This document shows positions 1 to 10,639 of a stretch of 64,000 nt of DNA, in pieces. The notes beneath the pieces were generated by a model that did no database searches, was not told the DNA's origin, and saw only the letters and a list, made by a program, of their open reading frames with translations. The DNA comes from an uncultured Thermoleophilia bacterium (GTDB taxonomy: Bacteria > Actinomycetota > Thermoleophilia > UBA2241). A program made the translations under genes and the position numbers. How positions within the stretch are numbered: the stretch's first letter is position 1; each line of letters begins with the position of its first letter. The stretch is from assembly GCA_963715985.1 (NCBI GenBank), contig CAVQSP010000011.1, positions 288,001 through 352,000 of the forward strand, written 5' to 3'.

Positions 1-859
1 CGTGATCGCCCTCAAGCAGGCCAACGTGGCCGTGGCGATGCAGGGCGGCAGCCAGGCGGCGCGCAGCGTCGGCGACCTCATCCTCATGAAGGACACCTTC
101 GCGCCGCTCCCCTTCGCCTTCCGGGAGGGCCAGCGCATCATCAACGGGATGAACGACATCCTGCGCATCTTCATGGTGCGCATCTTCTTCAAGGCCGCGA
201 TGATCGCCATCGTCATGTCGATCGGAGGGTTCCCCTTCGCCCCGCGACAGTCCGCCCTGCTCTCGTTCTTCGGTGCCACCGTGCCGGCCATCGCCTTCGC
301 GCTCTGGGCGCAGCCGGGGCCGACGCCCAAGGTCGGACTCTTCAAGCTCCTGGCGCGCTTCGTCCTGCCCACGGTCGTGTTCATGGCGGGGATCGGGACG
401 GCCGTGTACATGGTCTGGGCCATCCCGGCCGAGCACGTCGTCACGACCGTGGCCGGGACCACGGAGAAGGAACTGGCCGAGAGCGGCTACCCGCCGGCGA
501 TGACGGCGCTCACCATCTTCGCCTGCTTCGCCGCCATCTTCCTGATCATGCTCATCGTGCCCCCCAACAAGTGGTGGGCCGGCGGCGCGCCCGTGGTGCG
601 GCGCGACATGCGCATCGTCGGCGTCGTGATCTTCCTGTTCGCCTGCATGGCCGTGGTGCTGGCCGTGCCGCTGGGACGCACCCTGTTCGAGCTGCAGACG
701 CTGCCCGCGTGGCAGTACTTCGTGCTGCTGGGGCTCGCATTCGCGTGGAGCCAGCTGTGCCGGCTGGTGTGGTGGTCGCGCATCCTGGACCGCTGGCTGG
801 GGACCGCCGAGGACCCGGGCAACCTGTGCGCCAAGGCGCTCGCGGCGAAGCGGGGGTGA
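1..859 (+). CDS. Cation-transporting P-type ATPase, C-terminal part (truncated at window edge)
   Basis: ALKQANVAVAM..GSQAARSVGDLIL..F..EGQRIIN hinge region followed by multiple TM helices. Confidence 0.85.
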   Translation, partial: VIALKQANVAVAMQGGSQAARSVGDLILMKDTFAPLPFAFREGQRIINGMNDILRIFMVRIFFKAAMIAIVMSIGGFPFAPRQSALLSFFGATVPAIAFALWAQPGPTPKVGLFKLLARFVLPTVVFMAGIGTAVYMVWAIPAEHVVTTVAGTTEKELAESGYPPAMTALTIFACFAAIFLIMLIVPPNKWWAGGAPVVRRDMRIVGVVIFLFACMAVVLAVPLGRTLFELQTLPAWQYFVLLGLAFAWSQLCRLVWWSRILDRWLGTAEDPGNLCAKALAAKRG

Positions 860-887
860 CGAGGGCCGGCCGGATCTGACGACGCGT

Positions 888-1310
888 CTACTCAGACGCC
901 GCGACGATCGACGCGAGCAGCTCGTGCGGGTCGACCACAGGGACGGTGGCGTTTGCGAAGCCGGCACCGTCGCGGGTGACGATCGCCGCGGCCCCGGCAC
1001 TGCGCGCGGCTTCGTGGAGCACTGCGTCCTCGAAGTCCTCGAACTCGAGGTCGAGCGCCCGGTCGAGCACGTCCCGGTCGACGGGAGCGATCGCGAAGAG
1101 CGCCAGCACTCCGTGGACCTGCCTGTGAGCGCGGGTGCGCCCGAAACTCTTTGCCGCGATGCAGAAGATGGTCGTCACCGTCGTGGCGCAGATCATGCCG
1201 TCGACGCGCTCGTTGTCCACGAGCGCGAACAGCTTCGCGGCGACGCCGACATGAGGCGCTCTGTCCAGGAGTACGTCGAGGACGACGTTGGTGTCGAACA
1301 CCACCTTCAC
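888..1310 (-). CDS. PIN-domain (VapC-type) toxin
   Basis: FDTNVVLD, DFEDAV and IVTRD PIN motifs; 4-bp overlap with the upstream antitoxin. Confidence 0.9.
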   Translation of the reverse strand: MKVVFDTNVVLDVLLDRAPHVGVAAKLFALVDNERVDGMICATTVTTIFCIAAKSFGRTRAHRQVHGVLALFAIAPVDRDVLDRALDLEFEDFEDAVLHEAARSAGAAAIVTRDGAGFANATVPVVDPHELLASIVAASE

Positions 1311-1549
1311 CGGTACTTCTCCTCGAGGTGGCGGCGATAGTCGGCCTCCGTGACCGTGGCCCCCTTCAGGGAGCCGATGAGGTCGCGGACCCGCGGGGTG
1401 ATCTCCGTACCGGGGATCTCCTCATCCGCGTCGATGAGCGCGAAGTAGTCGGCGACGAGTTGCGAGACCGACTTGCCCGACCTGCGGGAGTGGCGCTTGG
1501 CGATGCTGATGAGCCGCTCGTCGAGTCGCAGTGTCAGTTTGACGTTCAC
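1307..1549 (-). CDS. Antitoxin (RHH / DUF6364-like)
   Basis: KLTLRLDERLI..AK....GKSVSQLVADYF; 80 aa, directly upstream of the PIN gene; GGAGG RBS. Confidence 0.8.
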   Translation of the reverse strand: MNVKLTLRLDERLISIAKRHSRRSGKSVSQLVADYFALIDADEEIPGTEITPRVRDLIGSLKGATVTEADYRRHLEEKYR

Positions 1550-1559
1550 GCGAGCCTCC

Positions 1560-1592
1560 TGACGTATGAATCGTACCTCATAGTATACGTCA
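1560..1592 (-). promoter_or_regulatory. TA operon promoter/operator
   Basis: Inverted repeat TGACGTAT (1560-1567) / ATACGTCA (1585-1592) overlapping a minus-strand -10 TATACT (1582-1587). Confidence 0.6.
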
Positions 1593-1677
1593 TGAGGCCT
1601 CGACAGAAACGTGCGATCTCAACGAGGGGCGACCCGGCGAGGGCCGAACGGAAGCCGAGAGGGCGGCCTGACGCCAG

Positions 1678-2355
1678 TCAGGCGACGCCGGCCGCCGGGC
1701 AGATGCTCGCCAGCGGGCACTCGCCGCAGGCGGGCCGCCGCGCGTGGCAGATGCGGCGGCCGTGCCTCACGAAGTCCACGTGCACGGCGTAGATCTGCGG
1801 CGCGTCGCCGGCGCCCGCCAGCTCGGTGAGCAGCGGGTGCGCCTGCTCGGCGGTGACCTTGTCACCGATGACGCCCAGCCGCCGGGCCACCCGGTGCACG
1901 TGCGTGTCCACCGGCATCACCGGCCGCTCCAGCGAGAACAGCAGCACGCAGGCGGCCGTCTTGGGGCCCACGCCGGGGAGGCCCGTCAGGTACGCCTGGG
2001 CCTCCTCGTCGCTCATTTCATCCAGCACGTCCAGGTCGGGCGCCCCGGAGGGCGCACTGATGGCCTCGAGGATGCGCTTGATGCGCGGCGCCTTGGTGTG
2101 CGCGAGGCCGCCCAGAGCGATGGCCTCCTCGATCTGCTCCGCCGAGGCGTCGCGCGCCGCGACCCAGTCGGGGAAGCGCGCCTTGAGCGCGGCGAAGGTG
2201 CGCTCGGTGTTCACATCGGCGGTGTTCTGCGAGAGCACCGTGAAAACGAGCTCGTCCACCGGCGGGTACCTGGGCGAGAGCACCGGACGACCGTAGAAGT
2301 CGTCCAGGAGGGCGGTAGCCCGGGCGAGCTGTTCTCCGGGTGACGGCGCGTTCAC
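1678..2355 (-). CDS. nth: Endonuclease III-family HhH-GPD DNA glycosylase
   Basis: LSQNT, LPGVGPKTA (HhH), PVDTHV, C-x6-C-x2-C-x5-C Fe-S motif. Confidence 0.85.
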   Translation of the reverse strand: MNAPSPGEQLARATALLDDFYGRPVLSPRYPPVDELVFTVLSQNTADVNTERTFAALKARFPDWVAARDASAEQIEEAIALGGLAHTKAPRIKRILEAISAPSGAPDLDVLDEMSDEEAQAYLTGLPGVGPKTAACVLLFSLERPVMPVDTHVHRVARRLGVIGDKVTAEQAHPLLTELAGAGDAPQIYAVHVDFVRHGRRICHARRPACGECPLASICPAAGVA

Positions 2356-2439
2356 GGCGCCAGCCTATCATCGTGGTTCTGCCACGCGCAGGCGGGGAAC
2401 CACAACGGTGAGGAGTGTCCACGCGAGGGGGTGATCACC

Positions 2440-2754
2440 ATGAAAGGTATCCTCGTCTTCGGCGGTTCGGGACCGCTCATCATCCTCAGCTCGTATCCCT
2501 CGATCGACGACCCCGACCTCATCGCCAAGCTGCGCGCCAAGGGCCTGCAGAAGTTCCTCGCCTACGAGATCCCCATCGACCGCTGCCGCGACCTGTACGG
2601 CTACACGTATCGCGACATCGTGGAGGACCTCCAGGAGCACGACGACATGCGCGTGCTGGACTTCGACGGCCACCGCATCTTCCTCAACGTCTCGCTACGC
2701 GGGCTGGGCCGGGGGATCGTGTTCGAGGACGAGAGCGTGACGGAGGCCGCTTGA
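2440..2754 (+). CDS. Conserved hypothetical cytosolic protein
   Basis: Coding-like GC3 bias, GAGGGGG RBS, globular 104 aa; no function recognised. Confidence 0.75.
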   Translation: MKGILVFGGSGPLIILSSYPSIDDPDLIAKLRAKGLQKFLAYEIPIDRCRDLYGYTYRDIVEDLQEHDDMRVLDFDGHRIFLNVSLRGLGRGIVFEDESVTEAA

Positions 2755-2864
2755 CGGCAGGGGGTCAAGCTCTGCCCGGAGAACGAGAGCCCCAGGCCGG
2801 GCCGGATGCCGGGCCGAGATGGTAGCCTGACGGGCATGCGTGCGATCTTCGCGTGCGAAGCGCC

Positions 2865-5800
2865 ATGCTGAGCAGCTGGCGCTTCTGGATAGACCGCGGC
2901 GGCACCTTCACGGACGTGGTCGCCCGCCGCCCCGACGGCCGCCTCGTGGTACGCAAACTGTTGTCTGCAGACCCTCGCTACGCGGACGCGGCCGTGCAGG
3001 GCGTCCGCGACCTGCTCGGATTGGGCGCCGGCGACGAGCTCCCGGCCGGCGCCGTGGCCGAGGTCCGCATGGGCACCACCGTGGCCACCAACGCGCTGCT
3101 GGAGCGGCGCGGCGAGCCCACGGTGCTCGTCACAACGCGCGGGTTCGGCGACGCGCTGCGCATCGGCTACCAGGACAGGCCGGACATCTTCGCCCTGGAC
3201 ATCCGCCTGCCTGAACCGACCTACGAGCGTGTGATCGAGGTGGACGAACGCCTGGGCGCGGACGGGAGCACCGTGCGCCCGCTCGACGAGGAGGCGGCGC
3301 AGCTGGACCTGGAGGCGGCCCGCGCCGCCGGTTACGACGCCGTGGCCGTGGTCTTCATGCACGGCTACCGGTACCCGCAGCACGAGCGGCGCGTGGCGGA
3401 GCTGGCCCGCGTCGCCGGCTTCTCGCAGGTATCCGCGTCTCACGAGACGGTGCCCCTGATGAAGCTCGTGAGCCGCGGCGAGACCACGGCGGTGGACGCG
3501 TACCTCTCCCCCATCCTGCGCCGCTACGTGGACGGCGTGGCGGCGGAGCTGGGGGCGACGGAGCCGGACGGCGCCCGCGGGTCGCGAGGCGTGCGCCTGC
3601 GCTTCATGCAGTCCCACGGCGGCCTCACAGACGCGCACCTGTTCCGCGGCAAGGACAGCATCCTTTCCGGGCCGGCCGGCGGCATCGTCGGGGCCGTGCA
3701 CACTGCCCGCGCCGCGGGCTTCGAGCGGCTCGTGACCTTCGACATGGGCGGCACGTCCACCGACGTGGCCTACTACGCCGGCGAGTACGAGCGCAGCCTG
3801 GAGACCGTTGTCGGCGGGGTCCGCCTCCGCGCGCCCATGCTGCGCATCAACACGGTGGCAGCCGGCGGCGGCTCGGTGTGCGCCTTCGAGGACGGCCGCT
3901 ACCGGGTGGGCCCGCGCAGCGCCGGCGCCGACCCCGGGCCGGCGTGCTACGGCAGGGGCGGCCCCCTCGCCGTGACCGACTGCAACGTCATCCTCGGCAA
4001 GCTCCAGCCGTCCTTCTTCCCGCACGTGTTCGGCGCGGATGGCGAGGGCCCGGTGGACGCGGAGGCGGCGCGCCGGGCGCTCGCAGTCGTGGCCGCGGGC
4101 ATGCGCGCCGACGGCATCGAGCCGCCGGCGCCGGAGCAGCTCGCCGACGACTTCATCCGCGTGGCCTGCGGCACCGTGGCCCGTGCCATCAAGCGCATCT
4201 CCACGCAGCGCGGGCACGACATCAGCGGCGCCGTGCTGTGCTGCTTCGGCGGCGCCGCCGGCCAGCACGCCTGCCTCGTCGCCGACGCCCTCGGCGTGAC
4301 CAGCATCCTGCTGCACCCGCTCGCAGGCGTGCTCAGCGCCTACGGGATGGGGCTCGCCGACGTGCGCACCCTGCGCGAGCGCACCGTGGAGGCGCCGTTG
4401 GCGGACGGAGGGCGAGACGAGGCCGGCGGCGAGCTCGATGAGACCCTCGCCGCCCTCGAAGCGGAGGCCGTCGCCGAGTTGGCGCTGCAGGGATTCGACG
4501 GTGCGGACGTGCTCGTGCGCCGCCGAGCCCACGTCAAGTACGCCGGCACCGACGTGTCGCTGGCGGTGCCCTGGGGGGCGCCGGCGGCGATGGCGGAGGC
4601 GTTCACGGCCCTGCACAGGGACCGCTATGGGTTCCTCATGCCCGGCCGCGGCCTGGTGATCGAGGCACTCGCCGTGGAGGCCGTGGGGCCGGGCGGAAGA
4701 GGCGATGCCGGGGGGCCGGACGAGGTGCCGGATGCGCTCACGACGCCCGCACCGGCCGTCTCCGGCGAGCCGCGCGAGCGTGTGCCCGTGTTCACGGCCG
4801 GCGCGTGGCACGAGGCGCCGGTGTTCGAGCGCGCCGTGCTGGCGCGCGGCGCGCGGCTCGAAGGCCCGGCGATCGTCTGCGAGCCGACCAGCACGACAGT
4901 GGTGGAGCCGGGATGGCACGCGGAGGTGCTGGGCGGCGGCGAGCTGGTGCTGCGCCGCACCTCGCCGCCGCCGCCTCCCTCCGCCGACCTCTCGCAGCGC
5001 TCCCCGCTCCTGCTGGAGGTGTTCAACAACCTCTTCATGTCCATTGCCGAGCAGATGGGAGCGACGCTGCAGAACACCGCCTGCTCGGTGAACATCAAGG
5101 AGCGCCTTGACTTCAGTTGCGCGCTCTTCGACGGGGACGGCGGACTCGTGGCCAACGCGCCACACCTGCCGGTGCATCTGGGGTCGATGGGCGCCTCGGT
5201 GCAGGCCGTGCTCGCCCGCCATCGCGGCGAGCTGTGCCCGGGTGACGCCTACCTGCTCAACTCCCCCTATGCGGGCGGCACACACCTGCCCGACCTCACG
5301 GTGGTCACGCCCGTCTTCGCCGCCGAGGGCTGCGAGCCGCTCTTCTTCGTCGCCTCGCGCGCTCACCACGCCGACATCGGCGGCATCACGCCTGGGTCCA
5401 TGCCGCCCGGCAGCCGGCACATCGCCGAGGAAGGCGTGCTCATCGAGGACTTCCGCCTCGTGGAGGGCGGCGCGCTGCGCGACGCCGAAGCCGCCGCCCT
5501 GCTCGCGTCCGGTCCGCACCCCGTGCGCGACCTTGCGCAGAACCTCGCCGACCTGCGCGCCCAGGTGGCCGCGAACGCGCGCGGCGTCGCCGAGCTCGAA
5601 CGCATGGTGCACGAGTTCGGCCTCCCGGTGGTGCTCGCCTACATGCAGCACGTGCAGGACAACGCCGAGGAGGCAGTGCGCCGGGTGATCGGACGCCTGG
5701 GTGACGGCACGTTCTGCCAGGAGATGGACGACGGCAGCGTGGTGGCGGTGACGGTCACCGTCGACCGCGGAGCGCGCACCGCCACCGTGGACTTCACCGG

Positions 5801-6566
5801 CACGTCGCCGCAGCGGGCGGACAACTTCAACGCCCCGGCGGCAGTGTGCACGGCCGCCGTGCTCTACGTCTTCCGCACGCTGGTGGACGCGGACATCCCG
5901 CTGAACGCCGGCTGCCTGAAGCCGCTGCGCATCGTGGTACCGCCTGGGTCCATGCTGGACCCCACCTTTCCCGCGGCGGTGGCCGCCGGCAACGTGGAGA
6001 CCTCACAGGCGATCACGGCCGCGCTCTTGGGGGCACTGGGCGTGGTGGCGGCCTCCCAGGGCACGATGAACAACGTGACGTTCGGTGACGAGCGGTACCA
6101 GTACTACGAGACGGTCTGCGGGGGAGCCGGCGCCGGGCCGGGTTTTGACGGCTGCAGCGCCGTGCACACGCACATGACCAACTCGCGCCTCACCGACCCG
6201 GAGGTCCTCGAGTGGCGCTTCCCCGTGCGCGTGGAGGACTTCGCCGTGCGACGCGGCAGCGGCGGCGGCGGCACACGCCGGGGCGGCGACGGCGTGGTGC
6301 GCCGCCTGCGCTTCCTGGAATCGCTCACGGCGGCCATCGTCTCGAGCAGCCGCCGGGTGCCGCCCTATGGGCTCGCCGGCGGCCTCCCGGGCGCACCGGG
6401 GCGCAACGCCGTGGAACGGGCCGACGGAGCGATCGAGGAGATGCCCGGCGTCGCGCAGACGGCGATGGGCGCCGGCGACGTGCTGGTCGTTGAGACGCCG
6501 GGCGGCGGCGGGTACGGCGCGCCGCCGAAAGAGACGGGCGGCGCGGAGCCGCCCGTCCGCCTCTGA
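2865..6566 (+). CDS. oplA: Fused hydantoinase A/B, ATP-dependent 5-oxoprolinase
   Basis: [72 protein letters not shown]. Confidence 0.92.
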   Translation: MLSSWRFWIDRGGTFTDVVARRPDGRLVVRKLLSADPRYADAAVQGVRDLLGLGAGDELPAGAVAEVRMGTTVATNALLERRGEPTVLVTTRGFGDALRIGYQDRPDIFALDIRLPEPTYERVIEVDERLGADGSTVRPLDEEAAQLDLEAARAAGYDAVAVVFMHGYRYPQHERRVAELARVAGFSQVSASHETVPLMKLVSRGETTAVDAYLSPILRRYVDGVAAELGATEPDGARGSRGVRLRFMQSHGGLTDAHLFRGKDSILSGPAGGIVGAVHTARAAGFERLVTFDMGGTSTDVAYYAGEYERSLETVVGGVRLRAPMLRINTVAAGGGSVCAFEDGRYRVGPRSAGADPGPACYGRGGPLAVTDCNVILGKLQPSFFPHVFGADGEGPVDAEAARRALAVVAAGMRADGIEPPAPEQLADDFIRVACGTVARAIKRISTQRGHDISGAVLCCFGGAAGQHACLVADALGVTSILLHPLAGVLSAYGMGLADVRTLRERTVEAPLADGGRDEAGGELDETLAALEAEAVAELALQGFDGADVLVRRRAHVKYAGTDVSLAVPWGAPAAMAEAFTALHRDRYGFLMPGRGLVIEALAVEAVGPGGRGDAGGPDEVPDALTTPAPAVSGEPRERVPVFTAGAWHEAPVFERAVLARGARLEGPAIVCEPTSTTVVEPGWHAEVLGGGELVLRRTSPPPPPSADLSQRSPLLLEVFNNLFMSIAEQMGATLQNTACSVNIKERLDFSCALFDGDGGLVANAPHLPVHLGSMGASVQAVLARHRGELCPGDAYLLNSPYAGGTHLPDLTVVTPVFAAEGCEPLFFVASRAHHADIGGITPGSMPPGSRHIAEEGVLIEDFRLVEGGALRDAEAAALLASGPHPVRDLAQNLADLRAQVAANARGVAELERMVHEFGLPVVLAYMQHVQDNAEEAVRRVIGRLGDGTFCQEMDDGSVVAVTVTVDRGARTATVDFTGTSPQRADNFNAPAAVCTAAVLYVFRTLVDADIPLNAGCLKPLRIVVPPGSMLDPTFPAAVAAGNVETSQAITAALLGALGVVAASQGTMNNVTFGDERYQYYETVCGGAGAGPGFDGCSAVHTHMTNSRLTDPEVLEWRFPVRVEDFAVRRGSGGGGTRRGGDGVVRRLRFLESLTAAIVSSSRRVPPYGLAGGLPGAPGRNAVERADGAIEEMPGVAQTAMGAGDVLVVETPGGGGYGAPPKETGGAEPPVRL

Positions 6567-6572
6567 CTCAGG

Positions 6573-6866
6573 TCACATGTTCCTCGCCTGGCGACGCATC
6601 TCTCTCTTCTTGCGCTGCCTCAGGATCGCGCTCAGCACGAAACCGATCGCGAACCCGGCGACGAGCAGCACGATCAGCATGAGCCAGGCGGGGAGGGACA
6701 GCCACCAGAAGAAGAAGTGGAAGCGCCAGCTCTCCTTGGTGTTCTGCAGGATCAGGATGAGGATGACTACACCGATCACGCCGGCGACGATGAGCTTGCC
6801 GTAGCCTCCGCCGCTCGGCCGGCGGTCCCTCTGAGTCTGAACCTGTACCTCCGGGTTGGTGCTCAT
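6573..6866 (-). CDS. LapA/DUF1049-like small membrane protein
   Basis: TM - LQNT..W.F.FF.W....P - TM - basic tail; GAGGGG RBS before ATG 6866. Confidence 0.75.
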   Translation of the reverse strand: MSTNPEVQVQTQRDRRPSGGGYGKLIVAGVIGVVILILILQNTKESWRFHFFFWWLSLPAWLMLIVLLVAGFAIGFVLSAILRQRKKREMRRQARNM

Positions 6867-7042
6867 GCATACCCCCTCGTGTCCGTCCGGACTAGGTTCG
6901 CCATTCTGTCCATCTACCCTTGGCGGGCCGCGGGCACGCCCCCCGCCCGCCCCGAGCAGGAGTTGAAGGAAGGGGCGGGGAGCCGCGCGGCTCCCCGCCC
7001 CTCGCGGTCGCTGTTCTGCGCCGGCGAGACCGCCGCGGCGCG

Positions 7043-8329
7043 TCACTTCTTTGCGAAGGCCTCCAGCGCGCGCGTGATCGTCGCGAACACGCTGTCCAGC
7101 TGCTCGTCGCTGATGACCAGCGGCGGCTGCACGCGCAGCACGTTGCCGAAGTTGCCGCCCACGCCGATGAGCACGTTGTGCTCGAGGCAGTACTGGCGCG
7201 TGAAGGCGGCCGCCTCGGTGCCGTAGGCCTTGGTCGTGGGGTCGCTGACCAGCTCCACGCCGACCATGAGGCCGCGGCCGCGCACGTCGCCGATGAGCGG
7301 CTGGCTGCCCTGCAGCTCGCGCAGCATGCCCCTGAGGCGCTCGCCCTTGCGGGCGCTCTGCTCGGCGAGCTTCTCGGCCTTGTGGAACTCGATGTTCGCG
7401 ATGCCCGCCGCGCAGCTCACCGGGTTGCCGCCGAAGGTGCTGAGGTGGTCGCCGACCTGGAAGGCGTCGGCGATCTCGGGGCGGGCCGTGAAGGCGCCCA
7501 GCGGCCAGCCGTTGGCGATGCCCTTGGCCATGCAGATGATGTCGGGGTCGACGCCGTAGTGCTCGATGGCGAACATCCGCCCGGTGCGCCCGAAGCCGCT
7601 CTGCACCTCGTCGCAGATGAAGAGCACGCCCTCGGCGTCCATCCACTCCTTGACGACGCGGAAGTAGTCGTCCGGCGGGACGATGATGCCGCCCTCGCCC
7701 ATCACCGGCTCGGCGATGAAAGCACAGACGTCGCCGCTGAGGCTGAGGCGAGCGGTCTCGGCCACACGCTTGGCGCAGGCCATGTCGCACGTCTCGACCT
7801 CGAGGTTGAGCGGGCAGCGGTAGCAGTACGGGGTGGGGGCGAAGGCGACGCCGGCCATGTAGGGGCCGCCGCCCTTCTTGCGGCCCGAGTTACCGGTGAT
7901 GGACAGCGTGGCGTAGGTGCGGCCGTGGAAGCTGGACTCGAGGGCGACGAACTCGCGCTTGCCTGAATAGCGCTTGGCGAGGCGCATGGCGCCCTCGATG
8001 GCCTCGGCGCCGGAGTTGGCGAAGAAGGTCTTCTGCAGCGTGCCGGGCGTGATCTCGGCGAGCAGCTCGGCGAGGTCGGCGGCGCTCTCCACGTGGTACA
8101 CGTAGGTGCAGGCGTGCACGAGCTTGTCGGCCTGCGCCTTGGCCGCCTCGATGATGGCGCGGTTGCCGTGGCCGGCGTTGGTCACGCTGATGCCGGCGAA
8201 GCAGTCGATGTACTCGGTGCCGTCGGCGTCGTAGAGCAGGGCGCCGTCGCCGTGGTCGGCGACGACGGGCTCGACGCGTTTGACGAACCCGGTCATGACG
8301 TAGTCGCGGTACTTCTCTTCCACACCCAT
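7043..8329 (-). CDS. Class III PLP aminotransferase (GabT/ArgD-like)
   Basis: NSGAEAIEGA, SFHGRT, EPVMGEGG, DEVQSGFGRTG, AKGIANG, STFGGNP; start set at ATG 8329. Confidence 0.92.
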   Translation of the reverse strand: MGVEEKYRDYVMTGFVKRVEPVVADHGDGALLYDADGTEYIDCFAGISVTNAGHGNRAIIEAAKAQADKLVHACTYVYHVESAADLAELLAEITPGTLQKTFFANSGAEAIEGAMRLAKRYSGKREFVALESSFHGRTYATLSITGNSGRKKGGGPYMAGVAFAPTPYCYRCPLNLEVETCDMACAKRVAETARLSLSGDVCAFIAEPVMGEGGIIVPPDDYFRVVKEWMDAEGVLFICDEVQSGFGRTGRMFAIEHYGVDPDIICMAKGIANGWPLGAFTARPEIADAFQVGDHLSTFGGNPVSCAAGIANIEFHKAEKLAEQSARKGERLRGMLRELQGSQPLIGDVRGRGLMVGVELVSDPTTKAYGTEAAAFTRQYCLEHNVLIGVGGNFGNVLRVQPPLVISDEQLDSVFATITRALEAFAKK

Positions 8330-8648
8330 GGTATCGACCACCCTTCGGCGAACGCTCGCATAGACAACGGACAACGGGGTGCGACGCCAGAGGGTATCAG
8401 ATGGGCACGGCCGCGGGCGGGCGGCGGGGCCGCCGCGTGGGCCAGTGCGGCGGCGGCCGCTGGCCCACACGGACACCCGCGCCATCATGCCGCTCGCGGC
8501 ACAGCAGGCCTTTCTGAGGTGCGCCAGGCCGTCACCAGCCGGCCGGCCGTCGAACGTCTTCAGGGCCGGGCACTGCGCCGGCAGGGCGCCGATGTCTGAC
8601 GTGACGACGAGGGCGCCGGCGCGCGGCCGGCGCAGGCGCGCCGCGCCC

Positions 8649-10511
8649 TCAGACCTCTTCTTCGGCGCGACCGCCTGAGCGCCGCCGCAGCACCCACCAC
8701 ACGAGCACGCCGGCCACGATGACCACGGCGATGGAGACACCGGCGATCGTTCCGGTGCCGCCCCCGCCGCCCCCCGCCGCATCTGCGGCGGTCTTGGGCG
8801 CGATGTTGATGTAGCTCTGGATCATGCCGTTGTAGAAGACCGGCCCACCCTCGCCGTAGTACGGCGTCCAGCCCTCCCACTTGTCCACGTTGACGGCCTG
8901 CAGATAGTCGAAGTACGTGAGCACGTTCTGGGGGTTCTCGGCGTACATCACCTGCTGCATGCGCCAGATCTGCTCGGCACGGGTCTGCGGATCGAGATTC
9001 TGCCCCTGCTGCTCGCAGAGCTTGTCGTACTCGGCGTTCGACCAGTAGACCTCGTTCCACCAGCCGATCTGGCTCGTGGTGAAGCACTGCAGGGTCGAGC
9101 CGGGGTCGTAGTAGCCGTCCCAGAACCAGAGGATCATGTCGTAGTCGGGCGCCGGGTTGTCGCCCTTCCACGCGTACATCGCGTCGCTGGCCACGCCGTT
9201 GTCCACGACTTCGAAGCGGATCTTGAGGCCCAGGTCCTCGAACCACCCGGCGAGCAGCTTGCCCTCGCCCTGGGTGGAGGTCGACTCCGCGAGCGCCCAG
9301 AGGCGCAACGAGATGGGCTTGCCCTTCTTGTCCTCGCGGAGCCCGTCGCCGTTGGTGTCGGTGTAGCCGGCGGCGTCCAGGAGCTCCTTGGCCTTGGCGG
9401 GGTCGAACGGACGCATGACGTCGGCCGGAGGCTGCCAGTGGAAGTCCGGGTCGCGCCACGTGTCGGCGTTGATCATCGTGTACCCGGCCTCGGCGCGGCC
9501 GTTGTACACGAGCTGCACGATGCGCTCGCGGTCGATGGCGTAGTCGAGGGCGACGCGGAAGGCCGGGTCGCGGAGCACCGGGTTGCCGCCGGACGCCGGG
9601 CTGTCGTAGCAGTTGTAGTCCACGTAGTCCCAGTTGAAGTAGTTGTAGGCGATCGCCTTGAGTCGCGAGTCGCCCTGCAGCCCGGGGAACTGGGCGGAGG
9701 GCACGCCCTGGGCCGCGTCCACGGTGCCGTTGCCCAGGTCCTGCGTCATCGTGTCGGGGTTCGTGTAGGCCTGGAAGATGATCTGGTCGACCTTGGGGCG
9801 TCCCCAGCCGGACACGTCGTTGCCCCAGTACGCGGGATTGCGGACCAGCTTGGTGTAGTCGCCGCGCTTGTAGTACGTCACCTGGAAGGGCCCGCTGCCT
9901 ACGATGGGGGTGCGGTTCGCGTAGCTGCGCTCGAGCGCGGAGGGCTTCACCGTGCCCCAGATGTGTTCGGGGATGATGTACACGATGACGTACAGCATGT
10001 CGGCCTTGGGCGCCGTCATCGTGAACTTCACGGTGGTGTCGTCGACGGCCTCGACGTGCTTGATGTCCTTGACGGCTTGAAGGTAGGACGTCAGCTGGTT
10101 GTCGATGATCAGGTTGTAGCTGAAGGCGACATCTGCGGCGGTCAGCGGCTCACCGTCCTGCCACGTCACGCCCGGCCGGATGTGCACCGTCCACGTGAGA
10201 CCGTCGGCCGAGATGCCCCCGTTCTCCTGCGTCGGCAGCTCGGCGGCGAGCTGCGGGATGGGCTTGCCTTCGAGTCCGAAGCCGAAGAGCCTGTCGTAGG
10301 TGAGGTAGAGGACCTCGGACGCAGCCGTCTCGACGCCGATGAACGGGCTCAGGTTGTCCGGGTCGGCGGTCCAGCCGATGCGCAGGGTGACGTCGCCGGA
10401 GCCCGGCGACGGAGAGCTCGACGAGGCGGATGGGGCCGCCGGGACCCACACGAGGATGGCGGCCAGCGCCAGCGCCGCCGCGACCACAAGAGCCCCTTTG
10501 CGTGCGTTCAT
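8649..10511 (-). CDS. ABC transporter family-5 (peptide/nickel) substrate-binding protein with C-terminal TM anchor
   Basis: Signal peptide, WQDGEPLTAADVAFS, GSGPF, FRVALDYAIDR, C-terminal hydrophobic helix plus RRR. Confidence 0.9.
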   Translation of the reverse strand: MNARKGALVVAAALALAAILVWVPAAPSASSSSPSPGSGDVTLRIGWTADPDNLSPFIGVETAASEVLYLTYDRLFGFGLEGKPIPQLAAELPTQENGGISADGLTWTVHIRPGVTWQDGEPLTAADVAFSYNLIIDNQLTSYLQAVKDIKHVEAVDDTTVKFTMTAPKADMLYVIVYIIPEHIWGTVKPSALERSYANRTPIVGSGPFQVTYYKRGDYTKLVRNPAYWGNDVSGWGRPKVDQIIFQAYTNPDTMTQDLGNGTVDAAQGVPSAQFPGLQGDSRLKAIAYNYFNWDYVDYNCYDSPASGGNPVLRDPAFRVALDYAIDRERIVQLVYNGRAEAGYTMINADTWRDPDFHWQPPADVMRPFDPAKAKELLDAAGYTDTNGDGLREDKKGKPISLRLWALAESTSTQGEGKLLAGWFEDLGLKIRFEVVDNGVASDAMYAWKGDNPAPDYDMILWFWDGYYDPGSTLQCFTTSQIGWWNEVYWSNAEYDKLCEQQGQNLDPQTRAEQIWRMQQVMYAENPQNVLTYFDYLQAVNVDKWEGWTPYYGEGGPVFYNGMIQSYINIAPKTAADAAGGGGGGTGTIAGVSIAVVIVAGVLVWWVLRRRSGGRAEEEV

Positions 10512-10563
10512 CGTCTCTCCCCGTGAGTGGTGCGCCACCGGTGCCCTGTCGTCGGACCGCTTA

Positions 10564-10577
10564 CCAAAACGATTTGG
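10564..10577. promoter_or_regulatory. LacI-family operator 1 (CCAAAACGATTTGG)
   Basis: CG-centred pseudo-palindrome between divergent SBP and lacI genes; 12-bp core repeated as reverse complement at 13365-13376. Confidence 0.7.
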
Positions 10578-10639
10578 GCGCGGACGTGGTCATGCTATAG
10601 ACTCGGCGCGCACTCGGCAAGCACAGGAGCCGCCCCTTC

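Noticed and set aside
860-1677. TA module as part of a mobile element
   Set aside because: No integrase, transposase, terminal repeats or target duplication is visible; it looks like an ordinary solitary type II TA pair.
2601-5651. 1016-aa antisense ORF and similar long shadow ORFs (26709-28649, 31167-33740, 46741-49317, 60960-62885)
   Set aside because: They overlap well-supported genes, lack recognisable motifs, and are expected from stop-codon scarcity at this GC content.
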